The translations under genes were made by a program, and so were the position numbers. From an uncultured Verrucomicrobiota bacterium (GTDB lineage Bacteria > Verrucomicrobiota > Kiritimatiellia > RFP12 > UBA3636), in assembly GCA_947169825.1 (NCBI GenBank), contig CAMVRE010000001.1:16463-80462 (forward strand): 64,000 nucleotides of DNA. The letters are read 5' to 3'. The notes under the pieces were generated by a model. It was given only the letters and a program-made list of their open reading frames with translations, was not told the DNA's origin and made no database searches. Position 1 is the first letter of the stretch, and each line of letters starts with the position of its first letter. Positions 36,927 through 47,552 of this stretch are shown here, piece by piece.

Positions 36927-39830
36927 CTACTTCCCGACGGGAGCGACGGCGATTGCAGAGAGGACGCCGGGGCGGGAGGCGTCGTAGGAGACGCGGAAGG
37001 AGACGGGCGAGGTGCCGTCGTAGGCGAAGTCGGCGGTCGCGCCGTCGGCAGAGATCGAGAGACCCTCGACGCCGTCGGCGCCCGCGAGGCGAAACGGCGA
37101 GGGCGCGGCGGGGGAGGGCGAGGGGGAGCCGAGCGGGTCGGAGAGGATGGCGGCGGCGATGTCGGGCTTCTCCTCCAGGATCGTCGCGCGGTAGCGTCCG
37201 GCGGGGAGCGCAAGCGGGAGCCACGGGCCCTCGACGGCGGTGCACGGCGGGTGCGGCCCGGGCGCGAAGGCGAGATCGTCCGGGGCGGGGACGAAGCCGC
37301 CGGTCTTCTCGTCGGGGATGCGCGCAAGCGTTGTCGAACCGAACTCGTGGTAGAGGTCGACGGCGGGAAGGCGGAGCGCGCCGTCGGAGTCCGGAGCGGG
37401 CAGGCCACCGTGCGCGGGATCGCGCGCGTAGGCGACGTAGGAGATGCGCGCGTCGCCCGGGGTGGAGAGGTGCGTCCAGAGGTTGGAGGAGGGGTCGAGG
37501 GCGGGGAGGAAGGCGAGGCGCCAGTCCGGGGCCGGGGCCCCGGGCGCGGAACCGGCTTCGCGGCTTGCGCGGAAGAGGTTGGTGGAGGAGTGGAGCGAGC
37601 CGTCGGCGTCCGTGAAGGAGGAGACGAGGACGAGGTCCTTGCCGGCCTCGGCGCGGACGAGCCAGCCATAGCCCTCGCGGTGGATTTCGGCGAAGGAGCG
37701 GACCTTCGTGGCGGCGTTCGCCTGGGGCGGGCGCACGCCCCAGTGGCGGGTGGGCGGCTCAAGCATCGAATGCTGAATGCTGAATGCTGAATGCTGAATG
37801 GAGGAAGCTTGTTCTGTCGTCGTGCATTCTGCATTCTGCATTCTGCATTCAGCATTGCCTTCGCGGTCGCAGACCGCGAAGGCCCAGGCGCCGTCGGCGC
37901 GGGCGAGGAGACGGAGCCTCGGGTTGGCGAGGTGGCGGCGGAGGGTGGCGCCGAAGGGGAAGAGGGAGACCTTGGCGGGGAAGGCGTCCTCGTGGAGGAT
38001 CACGTGCGTGACGCCCGTCTTGCGGAGGGCGGCGTATTGGTCGTCGGTGAAGTCGCCCTCGGTCATCGTCTCGAAGCGACGGAAGACGCGCTCGACGTAG
38101 GCGGGCTCCGTGACGGCGGCGTAGCCGTTGAGCATCCGCAGCCCGGCGCGCATGGCGTGGTATTCGTAGATCGAGCTGTAGGAGGAGTCGCCGGGCCAGA
38201 TCGGCAGGACGAGCGCGCGCGGCACGAGCCCGCGCGCCTCGGCGTCGGAAACGGCGGCCGCGTAGGCGGCGTTGGGGCCGGGAAGGAGGCATACGCCCGC
38301 GCGCATGCCGCGCGAGGCGGAGAGGAGGACGGCGAGCACCAGCGCCGCGGCGGGAAGCGCGCGGAGGAGGGGACGGCGGCGCGGCGCCCGGCGGAGCGCC
38401 TCCGCCGCGGAGGCCGAGGCGCGTTCGCGCTGGCCGGAGGCGAGGCGCGAGAGCGCGAGCGGCGCGGCGGCGCGGCGCAGGAGCGGCGCGAGGGAGGCGA
38501 GGGAAGCCCACGCGAGCGCGAGGAACGCCGCGTAGAGCGTCGGGAGGAGGCAGAGGACCTTGAGCGGCTGGCGCACCAGGCGGAAGGGCGGGACGAGCCG
38601 GCGGAGGGCGCGCAGGAGGAGGGCGTCCCCGGGGCCGTTCGTCCCGAGCGCGAGGAAGAAGGCGGCGACGATCGCCGCGCCGAGGAGGAGCCCGGCGAGC
38701 GCGGCGCGGAGCGCGGCGGTGTCGCGCGGGGCGGCGGACTCGGCGCGGGTCGAGAAGCGCGGGTCGAAGACGATCGCCGGCGAGCGGAACGGCGCGGTGC
38801 GGCGCCGGCGCAGGAGGCGCCAGGCCAGGACCAGGGCGGCCGCGAGCAGCGCGAGGCCGGCGAGCGAGAGCAGCGCCGCGATCGCCCAGCCCTGGTGGAG
38901 CTGCTCGGGCGAGTGGCTGAAGTAGGCCGGGTCGAAGAAGGCGTGCCAGTCGGGCGAATGGCGCGCGAGATCCTGCATCGAACGGCCGCCGGCGGCGTCG
39001 GTCGAGGCGTAGGCGCGCTTGGCGGCCCGGCCGAGCGCGGCGCAGACCGCGCCGCCGAGCAGGATCGGCGAGAGGGCGCGGACGAGCCGAAGGAAGCGGC
39101 GGCGCGAGGCGAAGGGGTTCGCGGGCGAGCGCAGGAGCGCGACGAGGCCCCAGAGCGGGAGGGCGAGCACGGCGAAGAGGAAGCAGTGCAGGTCGGCCGC
39201 GTAGCAGCAGAGCACGAGCGCGCCCGCGAGGACGCCGCCGCGGAGGCGCCGGTCGCGCACGGCGATGTCGACGCCGAGCGCGACGCCCGGGACGAGCCCC
39301 ATGCCGAATCCGGTGGGGGAGCCGCCGGCCAGGACGACCCAGCGGTAGGGGACGCACGTCGCGAGCGCGGCGCAGGCGAGCGCCGCGCCGGGGCCGGCGC
39401 CGCAGCGGCGGGCGAGGGCGTGGCAGAACGCGAGCCCGAGGAGGATCGAGAGCCACTGGGCGAGGTTCCAGGCGAAGGCGTCGGACGCCCCGGCGGCGCG
39501 CGCGAGGGAGTAAGGGAGGGCGAACGGAAAGTAGCACAGGTCCGGGCGCGGCGGGCGGGCCTCGTCGGACGTATTGAACTCCCAGAGGTTGCGGAACCAG
39601 GGGAGGCGGCCGCGGAGGTAGGAGTCGAAGAGGTCGAAATGGTAGAGCAGCTGCAGGTGGTCCCCCTGCACGAGCGTGCGCGCGGGGGCGTCCCCGGCGT
39701 AGCAGGTGTAGGCGATGCCGCGGGCGACGTGCGCGGGGAGCGGCCGGAGGAACGCGGCCCAGAGCGAGAGCGCGAGCGCGGCGAGCGCCAGGGCGGCGCG
39801 GAGGCGGGGATGTCGGCGCAGGGGCGTCAT
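36927..39830 (-). CDS. Large polytopic membrane protein with C-terminal soluble domain; carries an in-frame palindromic (GAATGCT)n element
   Basis: At least 12 hydrophobic helices in the first ~640 aa. ATG at 39830 (MTPLRRHP). The ORF has no stop across the 37764-37859 hairpin, which encodes ...[30 protein letters not shown]... The C-terminal ~270 aa look like genuine coding sequence. Confidence 0.5.
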   Translation of the reverse strand: MTPLRRHPRLRAALALAALALSLWAAFLRPLPAHVARGIAYTCYAGDAPARTLVQGDHLQLLYHFDLFDSYLRGRLPWFRNLWEFNTSDEARPPRPDLCYFPFALPYSLARAAGASDAFAWNLAQWLSILLGLAFCHALARRCGAGPGAALACAALATCVPYRWVVLAGGSPTGFGMGLVPGVALGVDIAVRDRRLRGGVLAGALVLCCYAADLHCFLFAVLALPLWGLVALLRSPANPFASRRRFLRLVRALSPILLGGAVCAALGRAAKRAYASTDAAGGRSMQDLARHSPDWHAFFDPAYFSHSPEQLHQGWAIAALLSLAGLALLAAALVLAWRLLRRRRTAPFRSPAIVFDPRFSTRAESAAPRDTAALRAALAGLLLGAAIVAAFFLALGTNGPGDALLLRALRRLVPPFRLVRQPLKVLCLLPTLYAAFLALAWASLASLAPLLRRAAAPLALSRLASGQRERASASAAEALRRAPRRRPLLRALPAAALVLAVLLSASRGMRAGVCLLPGPNAAYAAAVSDAEARGLVPRALVLPIWPGDSSYSSIYEYHAMRAGLRMLNGYAAVTEPAYVERVFRRFETMTEGDFTDDQYAALRKTGVTHVILHEDAFPAKVSLFPFGATLRRHLANPRLRLLARADGAWAFAVCDREGNAECRMQNAECTTTEQASSIQHSAFSIQHSMLEPPTRHWGVRPPQANAATKVRSFAEIHREGYGWLVRAEAGKDLVLVSSFTDADGSLHSSTNLFRASREAGSAPGAPAPDWRLAFLPALDPSSNLWTHLSTPGDARISYVAYARDPAHGGLPAPDSDGALRLPAVDLYHEFGSTTLARIPDEKTGGFVPAPDDLAFAPGPHPPCTAVEGPWLPLALPAGRYRATILEEKPDIAAAILSDPLGSPSPSPAAPSPFRLAGADGVEGLSISADGATADFAYDGTSPVSFRVSYDASRPGVLSAIAVAPVGK
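37764..37859. repeat. Imperfect palindrome: (GAATGCT)x4.7, 22-nt spacer, (TGCATTC)x4.7
   Basis: Read directly: gaatgctgaatgctgaatgctgaatgctgaatgg...tgcattctgcattctgcattctgcattcagcatt. Confidence 0.9.
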
Positions 39831-39875
39831 GGCGGCGGATGATACCACGGCGTCCCCGCGGCGGGCAAGGGGCGC

Positions 39876-39904
39876 TTGCAGCGCGGCGGCGTTCGTGGTA
39901 TTCT
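39876..39904 (+). promoter_or_regulatory. Sigma70-like promoter candidate upstream of metK (TTGCAG-17-TATTCT)
   Basis: ttgcag cgcggcggcgttcgtgg tattct. About 115-nt leader to ATG 40019. Confidence 0.4.
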
Positions 39905-40018
39905 CCGCGCCCTCAGCACATCAAGAGCCGGGGTTCTTCCGCCCCGCCCCAACCGAGCGATCGCGCCACGGTGGATCCGGACAAGCCGGGATGCGCCCTG
40001 AACCGAAAGGGAAAAACC

Positions 40019-41203
40019 ATGCAACGCTACGTATTCACCTCCGAGGCCGTCTCGGAGGGCCACCCTGACAAGGTCGCCGACCAGATCAGCGACGCCATCC
40101 TCGACGCCGCGCTGGCGGTCGACCCCGCCGCGCACGTCGCGGCCGAGACGTTCGTCGGGCCGCGCTTCTGCGCGAACCTCGGCGAGGTCTCGGAGCACAT
40201 TCTGCCGAGGCTCGATCCCGAGACGATCGCGCGCGGCGTCGTCCGCGACATCGGCTACGACCGCCCCGAGGAGGGCTTCGACTGGAGGACCTTCGACTAC
40301 CAGAACCGCCTTGGCGCGCAGTCGCCCGACATCGCGCAGGGCGTCGACCGCGGCTCCGCCGACGAGCAGGGCGCGGGCGACCAGGGGATGATGTTCGGCT
40401 ACGCCGTGCGCGAGACGCCGGAGCTCATGCCCGCGCCGATCGCCTGGGCGCACCGCCTGATGCGCCGCTTCACGGACGAGCGCAGGTCCGGCCGCATCCC
40501 GTGGCTGCGCCCCGACGCGAAGAGCCAGGTGAGCGTCGTCTACGAGGACGGCCGCCCGGTCCGGATCGACGCGATCGTGCTCTCGCACCAGACGACGGAC
40601 GAACCGGACATCGACCGCGACATCCGCCCGGCGATCGAGGCCGTGGTGCGCGACGAGCTCGCCGGCACCGGGATGCTGGTTCCCGCCACGCGGTTCCACG
40701 TCAACCCGACCGGGCGCTTCGTGACGGGCGGGCCCGCCGGCGACTCCGGCCTCACCGGGCGCAAGATCGTCGTGGACACCTACGGCGGCGCGTGCCCGCA
40801 CGGCGGCGGCGCCTTCTCGGGCAAGGACCCGAGCAAGGTCGACCGCTCCGCGGCCTACTACGCGCGCTACGCGGCGAAGAACCTCGTCGCCGCCGGCGCG
40901 GCGGATCGCTGCGAGATCCAGGTGAGCTACGCGATCGGCGTGGCGGCGCCGACGAGCGTTCGCGTGCAGTTCTTCGGCACGGAGAAGGGCGGCGCCACGG
41001 AGGCGAAGGCCGTCGCGATGCTCGAGAGCGGCGAGGTCTTCGACTTCCGTCCCGGCCGTCTCGTCGCCGCGCTCGGGCTCCTCGCGCCGAGCGGCTGGAC
41101 CTACCGCGACACCGCGAGCGGCGGGCACTTCGGCCGCGCGGCGTTCCCGTGGGAGCGCCTCGACCGGGTCGACGCCGTCCGCGCCGCCCTCGGCCTGCGC
41201 TAG
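40019..41203 (+). CDS. metK: S-adenosylmethionine synthetase
   Basis: [73 protein letters not shown]. Confidence 0.92.
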   Translation: MQRYVFTSEAVSEGHPDKVADQISDAILDAALAVDPAAHVAAETFVGPRFCANLGEVSEHILPRLDPETIARGVVRDIGYDRPEEGFDWRTFDYQNRLGAQSPDIAQGVDRGSADEQGAGDQGMMFGYAVRETPELMPAPIAWAHRLMRRFTDERRSGRIPWLRPDAKSQVSVVYEDGRPVRIDAIVLSHQTTDEPDIDRDIRPAIEAVVRDELAGTGMLVPATRFHVNPTGRFVTGGPAGDSGLTGRKIVVDTYGGACPHGGGAFSGKDPSKVDRSAAYYARYAAKNLVAAGAADRCEIQVSYAIGVAAPTSVRVQFFGTEKGGATEAKAVAMLESGEVFDFRPGRLVAALGLLAPSGWTYRDTASGGHFGRAAFPWERLDRVDAVRAALGLR

Positions 41204-41229
41204 CCGCGGCACGAGTCGCGAAACGCCCC

Positions 41230-41258
41230 TTGCGCGCGCGGCGGACTTCTGCTACAAT
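41230..41258 (+). promoter_or_regulatory. Sigma70-like promoter candidate (TTGCGC-17-TACAAT) upstream of TPR protein gene
   Basis: ttgcgc gcgcggcggacttctgc tacaat. aaggag RBS before ATG 41331. Confidence 0.45.
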
Positions 41259-41330
41259 CGCCCCGTTTTCGGGTTCCCCGCGGCGTGCCGCCGGGGGCCC
41301 CGGCGCAACAGCCCCTTTCAAGGAGTCCGC

Positions 41331-44300
41331 ATGCCCACCACATTCCGTTCCTCCCTCCGTCCGCTTCTCGCCGCGGCCGCGCTCGCCGCGCTCGTTCCCG
41401 TCGGCGCCCGCGCCCAGGCCGCCGTCTCCGACCAGGACGCGAAGATCCTCTCCCAGGAGATGAAGTACGTCGACGCCCTGAACCGCGCCGGCTTCCCCGA
41501 CTACGCGGACCTCGTCCTGCGCGACATCCAGGCCAAGTATCCCGCCGCCAAGGCCAAGCTCAAGGTCAAGATGCTCGAGCAGGTCCTGCAGCTGGGCAAG
41601 TTCGACGAGGCGCAGGCGATCATCGACAAGGAGCCGAACCAGGACGCCCCCGAGACGTGGGCGATGAAGCTCACGATGGCGGACTACCTCTTCGCCCGCG
41701 GCCGCTACGACGAGGCGTTCGCCACCTACAACGCCCTCTTCAAGAAATACGGCAGCGCGCCGCCCAAGGAGATCGTCGAGTTCTACGTGAACTCCTACTA
41801 CAAGTTCGCGCAGATGCTCAAGTTCCAGAAGAAGGACAAGGAGGCGGCCGACGCGCTGGAGAAGCTCCTCGCGGTGGCGGGCCTCCCGGCGGACATGAAG
41901 CGCCCCGTCCTCTTCGACCACGCGCAGACGCTCGTCAAGGTCGCCAGCGAGGCCGGCAAGGGCGGCGCCGGCGGCTACATCACCCGCGCCAACAAGTCCA
42001 TCGAGGCCCTGCTCTGGACGCAGGACGTGTGGTTCGGCCGCTCCGTCGCGCTCATGGCCCACATCAAGGTCATCGAGGGCAAGGTCGACGAGGCGCAGAA
42101 GCTCGTCGAGGACTACATGCCGATGCTCGTCCAGCTCGAGGAGGCCCTGATCGAGGCCGGCAAGGAGGACGGCGAGGACTACCTCGGCCTCTCCCCGATC
42201 CCCGAGGTGCGCTACCTCATGGGCGTCATGTACCAGGAGGAGGCCGACAAGCTCGTGACGCAGTCCAAGTCCGAGGCCGGCAAGAAGAAGACGGACCTCG
42301 AGGACAAGGCCGGCGAGCTCTACGGCCTCGCGCTGCGCGAGCTCGTGAACGTCTACATCAAGTATCCGTCCTACGCCTGGGCCATCGAGGCGATGAGCCG
42401 CCACGAGCAGATCAACAAGGCGCTCGACGAGCTCGGCTTCGAGGTGGCGGACTCCACCACGCCCGCGCAGAGGGCGCAGGTCGCGAAGAAGCAGTTCGAG
42501 TCCGCCCACATGTTCTACCACCAGAACCGCTTCGAGGAGGCGATCAAGCAGTTCGAGACCGTCCTCAAGAGCTTCCCCGAGGTGGTCCCCGAGTCGATCA
42601 AGGCGCTCGTCGTCCTCGCCCAGGCCGCCGTCGAATACGGCGAATCCCAGGAGGAAGAGGAGGCGCAGCAGTACTGGCAGCTCTACTCCGGCGCCGTCGC
42701 GGGCTACATCGCCGACCGCTTCGCGCGCTCGACGAAGGAGGGCATGACCCTCGCGGGCGACCAGCTCCGCTCGCTCCAGTCGTTCTACGCGACGCACAAC
42801 CTGCCCGAGCTCTCCCAGCAGGCGCGCTCGGACTTCTTCCGCCTCTATCCGGAGCACCCCGCCGCCGCGAACACGGTCATGCAGGAGGCCGAGCGCCTCT
42901 ACAAGGACGGCAGCTACGAGGAGGCGATGCCGCTCTACCGGCTCCTCATGGAGAACTACACGAAGAACGCCGTCTCCTGGCCCGCCCAGCGCCGCCTCGC
43001 CGACTGCTACGGCAAGACCGGCCGTCCCGAGGAGGAGCTCAACATCCGCTCCAACTACCTCGCGCGCGTGGAGCACAAGAGGAACCCCGGCAACGACCTC
43101 ATCACCGCGCAGTACTCCTACCTCAAGGCGCTCCGCACGCTCCGCGCCAACGCGCTGCGCGAGGCGACGCTCGCCTACGACGAGGCGCGCCGCGGCGAGG
43201 CCAAGCCCGCCGAGGAGGGCAAGGATCCCGTCGAGGAGGCCGTCGTCGCCCTCAAGGCGGCCAACGACGGCGTCCGCGGCATGCTCAACGAATACACGAA
43301 GCTCATCCGCCGCCTCACCGACAAGGAGCAGCGCGCCAAGTTCGAGGTGAGCGCCAAGCAGAAGGACCTCAACGACCAGATCCTCCAGAGCGCCCTCTTC
43401 GACCACGCCTTCTGCCTTTCCTCCCTGAACCAGCCCGAGGCGCAGCTGCCGAAGTACAAGCAGCTCGCGATCAAGGACTACGAGCGGATCCTCGAGCTCT
43501 TCCCGAAGGCGCAGGGCGTCCCGATCGTCCTCCTGCAGCTCGGCACGCTCTACTCCACGATCCGGACGGACGACGAGGCGGAGGCCGAGGCCAACACCAA
43601 GAAGGCGAGCGAGTACTTCGACCGGCTCTCCGCGGACTACCCCGAGTCGGAGCAGGCCAAGAACGCCCTCTACCTCCAGGCCAAGGCCCTCATGGAGCTG
43701 GGCTACCGCCCCGAGGCCATCAAGAAGTACGGCGAGATGATCTCCACGCCCGGCGGCAAGTACACGCCGCTGCAGCTCGCGAAGGCCGCCGAGGAGCTCG
43801 TCGCCGCCAAGGCGTGGGAGACCGCCGAGAAGGGCTTCCAGGCCGCGCTCGCCGGCGCGAAGCCGGACGACGCCGCGCTGCGCAACATGATCGAGATGGG
43901 CCTCATGCAGATCCTCGTTGCGCAGAAGAAGTACACGGAGGCCGTCCCGCGCCTCAAGAAGTTCCTCGAGGACACGCCCCGCTTCCATCGCACGGCCGAT
44001 GTCCTGGAGCTGCTTCGCACCGCGTGCGTCGAGGCCGCCGTCGCCGAGCCCGACAAGAAGAAGCGCTCCCTTCTCTTCAAGGACGCCAACGACGCCTCCG
44101 CCAAGCTCAAGGCCTACCGTCGCGGCGATCGCGCGGCGCTCGAGCTCCAGCTCCAGCACGGCGACATCATGGAGAAGCAGTACAAGGCGGCCGTCGACTT
44201 CAAGGCCGACGACGCCGAGGACATCCTCCGCTCCTCCGCCAACTACTACCAGCGCATCATCACGACCTTCGGCGCCAACCCCAAGAACGCCGAGATCCTC

Positions 44301-44756
44301 GAGCCGCTCGCCCAGGTCTACCAGCGCAGCATCCAGACGCTGATGCAGATGAAGACCTACTCCGACGGCTCGTCGGTCTGGCCCGACGTCCAGTACGAGT
44401 GCGGCCACTACCTCAAGCTCTTCAAGGACATCGCCGACCCGAAGGAGGTCCTCAAGGTTCGCAGCGCCCTCAACGAGGCCACGCGCGAGATCAACGCCGC
44501 CGGCGAGGAAATGCCGCCCTCCGCCCTGATCGAGCTCATGGGCGACGCGCCCGACGTCGAGGCCATCCTTGCCACGCTCCCGGAGGACGCCTACCTCCCC
44601 AAGGAGGAGTCCGAGGAGGCCCCCGCGGAGGAGTCCTCCGAAGAGGTCGCCGACCCCGCCGAAGCGCCGGCCGAAGCGACCGAGGCCGCCGAGGCGGCCC
44701 CCGCCGAAGAGGCGGCGGAGGAAGCCCCCGCGGACGAGCCCGCCGCCGAGGAGTGA
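41331..44756 (+). CDS. Large secreted TPR-like repeat protein with acidic C-terminal tail
   Basis: Signal peptide MPTTFRSSLRPLLAAAALAALVPVGARA. Many TPR-like helical pairs. C-terminal EEAPAEESSEEVADPAEAPAEATEAAEAAPAEEAAEEAPADEPAAEE. Confidence 0.7.
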   Translation: MPTTFRSSLRPLLAAAALAALVPVGARAQAAVSDQDAKILSQEMKYVDALNRAGFPDYADLVLRDIQAKYPAAKAKLKVKMLEQVLQLGKFDEAQAIIDKEPNQDAPETWAMKLTMADYLFARGRYDEAFATYNALFKKYGSAPPKEIVEFYVNSYYKFAQMLKFQKKDKEAADALEKLLAVAGLPADMKRPVLFDHAQTLVKVASEAGKGGAGGYITRANKSIEALLWTQDVWFGRSVALMAHIKVIEGKVDEAQKLVEDYMPMLVQLEEALIEAGKEDGEDYLGLSPIPEVRYLMGVMYQEEADKLVTQSKSEAGKKKTDLEDKAGELYGLALRELVNVYIKYPSYAWAIEAMSRHEQINKALDELGFEVADSTTPAQRAQVAKKQFESAHMFYHQNRFEEAIKQFETVLKSFPEVVPESIKALVVLAQAAVEYGESQEEEEAQQYWQLYSGAVAGYIADRFARSTKEGMTLAGDQLRSLQSFYATHNLPELSQQARSDFFRLYPEHPAAANTVMQEAERLYKDGSYEEAMPLYRLLMENYTKNAVSWPAQRRLADCYGKTGRPEEELNIRSNYLARVEHKRNPGNDLITAQYSYLKALRTLRANALREATLAYDEARRGEAKPAEEGKDPVEEAVVALKAANDGVRGMLNEYTKLIRRLTDKEQRAKFEVSAKQKDLNDQILQSALFDHAFCLSSLNQPEAQLPKYKQLAIKDYERILELFPKAQGVPIVLLQLGTLYSTIRTDDEAEAEANTKKASEYFDRLSADYPESEQAKNALYLQAKALMELGYRPEAIKKYGEMISTPGGKYTPLQLAKAAEELVAAKAWETAEKGFQAALAGAKPDDAALRNMIEMGLMQILVAQKKYTEAVPRLKKFLEDTPRFHRTADVLELLRTACVEAAVAEPDKKKRSLLFKDANDASAKLKAYRRGDRAALELQLQHGDIMEKQYKAAVDFKADDAEDILRSSANYYQRIITTFGANPKNAEILEPLAQVYQRSIQTLMQMKTYSDGSSVWPDVQYECGHYLKLFKDIADPKEVLKVRSALNEATREINAAGEEMPPSALIELMGDAPDVEAILATLPEDAYLPKEESEEAPAEESSEEVADPAEAPAEATEAAEAAPAEEAAEEAPADEPAAEE

Positions 44757-44789
44757 ATGCCGAATGCTGAATGCTGAATGCTGAATTCC
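44755..44789. repeat. (GAATGCY)x5 heptamer array overlapping stop codon of 41331-44756
   Basis: gaatgccgaatgctgaatgctgaatgctgaattcc. Confidence 0.9.
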
Positions 44790-44866
44790 TACGCACAAAA
44801 CTCCAACCGCCCATCTCCAATCTCGCTCCCGTAACCCTTCAACCTTTCAACCCAAACTCCCCACCC

Positions 44867-45676
44867 ATGAAAAAGACACCACTCGTCCTCCTCGCCGCGC
44901 TGCTTCTCGGCTGCGCCACGTCCGTCCGGGCCGCCGACGTCAAGGCCAAGGTCCAGCTCTCCAACGGCGAGACGCACCAGGGCACGATCCGCTGGCTTCC
45001 CGCCGACAAGAAGTACATGTTCGGCATGAAGCAGCCGAACGGCACGGTCGCCGAACGCGCCCTTCCGGCCGACGCCGTCGTCAGGCTCCAGGTCGAGACC
45101 CCGCAGGAGTGGGGCAGGCTCCGCCAGCAGGCGCAGCAGTCGCCCGACGCCGCGATCTCCGGCCTCCAGGCCCTCGCCGAGCGCTACCGCCGCCTCCAGT
45201 GGGACGGCGAGGCCGGCGCCCTGATCGCCCAGATCTACCTCAAGAAGAACAACGCCAAGGGTGCCGTCGACGCCTGCCGCAAGATCGTCCAGGGCAACGA
45301 CCGCGCCGCGTGGGACTCCGCGATGGCCCCGTGGTACTGGAAGGCGCTCATCGAGTCCAACCAGACCGGCTCCCTGCCCGGTCTGCTGGAGAAGGGCGCC
45401 ACCTCCGCCGACCGCAACGTCGCCGCCCAGGCCTGCCTCAAGCGCGGCGACATGCTCGACTCCCAGAACGACGCCAAGAACGCCCTGAAGGACGGCTACC
45501 TGCGCGTCGTGCTCCTCTTCCAGGACGTCGCCGAGGCCCGCGCCGAGGCCATCTACAAGGCCGCTCAGATGTTCGACAAGCTCCACCAGTCCGCCTACGC
45601 CGAGAAGATGCGCAAGCTCCTCCTCGACCAGTATCGCAACTCCCCCTGGACCAAGCGGCTCTCCTCCGGCGACTAG
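44867..45676 (+). CDS. Lipoprotein, hypothetical
   Basis: MKKTPLVLLAALLLGCATS (lipobox LLGC). Its leader is shared with the exbB leader (cccttcaacctttcaacc). Confidence 0.65.
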   Translation: MKKTPLVLLAALLLGCATSVRAADVKAKVQLSNGETHQGTIRWLPADKKYMFGMKQPNGTVAERALPADAVVRLQVETPQEWGRLRQQAQQSPDAAISGLQALAERYRRLQWDGEAGALIAQIYLKKNNAKGAVDACRKIVQGNDRAAWDSAMAPWYWKALIESNQTGSLPGLLEKGATSADRNVAAQACLKRGDMLDSQNDAKNALKDGYLRVVLLFQDVAEARAEAIYKAAQMFDKLHQSAYAEKMRKLLLDQYRNSPWTKRLSSGD

Positions 45677-45678
45677 GT

Positions 45679-45759
45679 CAATGCTGAATGCTGAATGCCG
45701 AATGCCGAATGACAGACCGACTTTAAACTTTAAACTTTAAACCCTTCAACCTTTCAACC
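45679..45759. repeat. Composite repeat: (GAATGCY)x5 + (ACTTTAA)x3 + cccttcaacctttcaacc leader box
   Basis: caatgctgaatgctgaatgccgaatgccgaatgac...actttaaactttaaactttaa acccttcaacctttcaacc. The leader box is also present at 44834-44852. Confidence 0.85.
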
Positions 45760-45776
45760 AAACACCCCCCAAAACC

Positions 45777-46541
45777 ATGAAAAAGTCCCTCCTCGCCACC
45801 CTCGCCGCCGCCGCCCTGCTGGTCGCGGCCGCTCCGGTCACCACCTACGCCCAGGACGATTTCGCGCCCGCGCCGCAGGCCCAGCAGGCGCCCGCGCAGC
45901 CCAAGCACTCCACGTTCTACGACGTGCTCTTCGGCTCGGGCTGGCTCGGCACGCTCCTCTGGCTCGCGCTGTTCGGGTGCCTCGGCTACTACATCTACCT
46001 GGCGATCGACTGCGGCATCCTCGTGCGCCCCTCCAAGATCATGCCGGACGCGCTCGTCAACAACGTCAAGGAGGCCATGAAGGAGGGCGACGTCGTGAAG
46101 GCGCTGCAGTTCTGCGAGAACGAGCCCACCCCGATGTCCAACATCCTCTCCGCCGGCTTCATCCACGTGGAGGAGGGCTTCGACGTCATCTCCTCCGCCG
46201 TCGACGCCGCGGCCGACCTCGAGATCGAGCGCATCATGCAGCACCTGGCGTGGATCTCCGTCTGCGCCAACATCGCCCCGCAGCTCGGCCTGCTCGGAAC
46301 GGTCCAAGGCATGATCATGGCGTTCGGCAACTTGGGCACCGGCTCGCCGAACGTCGGCCTCCTCGCGACGAACATCTCGCAGGCGCTCTACACGACGGCC
46401 GGCGGTCTGACGACCTCCATCCCCGCCGTGTGCACCTACTACTTCTACCGCAACCGCGCCAACCGCATCATCCTCCAGATGACCGCCACCACGATGGAGC
46501 TCATCAAGGACCTGCGCAACGTCGAGGTCGTCGCCGAATAA
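45777..46541 (+). CDS. exbB: MotA/TolQ/ExbB proton-channel family protein
   Basis: Three TM helices. ...APQLGLLGTVQGMIMAFGNLG...ALYTTAGGLTTSIPAV. Confidence 0.85.
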   Translation: MKKSLLATLAAAALLVAAAPVTTYAQDDFAPAPQAQQAPAQPKHSTFYDVLFGSGWLGTLLWLALFGCLGYYIYLAIDCGILVRPSKIMPDALVNNVKEAMKEGDVVKALQFCENEPTPMSNILSAGFIHVEEGFDVISSAVDAAADLEIERIMQHLAWISVCANIAPQLGLLGTVQGMIMAFGNLGTGSPNVGLLATNISQALYTTAGGLTTSIPAVCTYYFYRNRANRIILQMTATTMELIKDLRNVEVVAE

Positions 46542-46574
46542 GCGGGCGCCCCCGGAATTTCGGGAGGTTTCCCC

Positions 46575-47078
46575 ATGAGCAAGAAACGAGACAACGAAGG
46601 GTGCGACCTGAACATGACGCCGATGATCGACGTCGTGTTCCAGCTCATCATCTTCTTCATCGTCACGATCAACATCGCCGACACGAAGGACGAGAACATC
46701 CAGCTCGAGTTCGGCTACCACGGCCAGGAGGTGAAGACCTCCGAGCAGTCCGACACGTCGGCCGTGACGATCGACGTCGCGATGCCCCGCGCCGGGTTCC
46801 CGGAGGGACGCATCTCCGTCGGCAACATCACGATCCACAAGGAGAACCTGCGGACCATCGTCCGCTCCGGGCGCGCCCGGTTCGGCGACGGCTTCCAGGT
46901 GTGGGTCCGCGGCGACTGGCGCGCCACGCACGGCCTCGTGCGCAAGGTCATGGACCTCTGCGCCGAGGAGGGCATCGGGCGCGTCACCTTCATCGCGATC
47001 AGCGAGGCGGTCACGGAGCCGTCGCGCCGGCACGAGAAGGAGTACAAGGAGCTCTCCACCATCCGCCCGAGGAACTAG
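46575..47078 (+). CDS. exbD: ExbD/TolR biopolymer transport protein
   Basis: NMTPMIDVVFQLIIFFIVT. Confidence 0.85.
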   Translation: MSKKRDNEGCDLNMTPMIDVVFQLIIFFIVTINIADTKDENIQLEFGYHGQEVKTSEQSDTSAVTIDVAMPRAGFPEGRISVGNITIHKENLRTIVRSGRARFGDGFQVWVRGDWRATHGLVRKVMDLCAEEGIGRVTFIAISEAVTEPSRRHEKEYKELSTIRPRN

Positions 47079-47081
47079 CAA

Positions 47082-47552
47082 ATGGCCGACCAGAAGAAGA
47101 AGAAGAAGAAGAAGAACAAGGGCGACGAGGCGACGCTGGAGATGACGCCGATGATCGACGTCGTCTTCCAGCTGCTGATCTTCTTCATCGTCACCCTGAA
47201 CCAGCCGGACATCCTCTCGCAGCTGGAGGCGCTCCGCCCGGCCCCGAACCCGTCGCCGACGGAGGTGGTGGACCCGCCCACGTCGATCACGATCAAGGGC
47301 TTCGCGAAGCACCCGGGCCTCGGCGCCTACATGTTCGGCAACGACCAGAACCGCCGCACCGTGACGCTCGAGCAGCTCCGCGGGTTCGTCGGGCAGATGG
47401 CGAAGGCGAACAAGAAGCAGACGGTCATCGTGAACTGCACGGACGACGCGCCGCACGGCTGCCTCATCCGCGTGCTGGACATGCTGGCCGAGGTCGGCCT
47501 CCATTCCGTGTCCATCTTCTCGCTGGACAACGGGACGGAACGGCCCTGGTAG
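47082..47552 (+). CDS. exbD: ExbD/TolR biopolymer transport protein (second copy) with poly-Lys N-terminus
   Basis: MADQKKKKKKKNKGDEATLEMTPMIDVVFQLLIFFIVT. Confidence 0.85.
   Translation: MADQKKKKKKKNKGDEATLEMTPMIDVVFQLLIFFIVTLNQPDILSQLEALRPAPNPSPTEVVDPPTSITIKGFAKHPGLGAYMFGNDQNRRTVTLEQLRGFVGQMAKANKKQTVIVNCTDDAPHGCLIRVLDMLAEVGLHSVSIFSLDNGTERPW

Noticed and set aside
37791-39842. 683-aa plus-strand ORF (and 35171-37855 minus, 36953-37615 plus, 37849-39537 minus ORFs)
   Set aside because: Antisense or out-of-frame shadows of the membrane protein and protease genes. Extreme Gly/Glu/Arg bias.
39905-40018. Possible SAM riboswitch in the ~115-nt metK leader
   Set aside because: I could not recognise SAM-I/SAM-II conserved cores by eye. 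It would need a covariance-model scan (Rfam cmscan).
40752-44798. 1348-aa minus-strand ORF
   Set aside because: Antisense shadow of the TPR-protein gene (41331-44756). Low-complexity G/L/E/R-rich.
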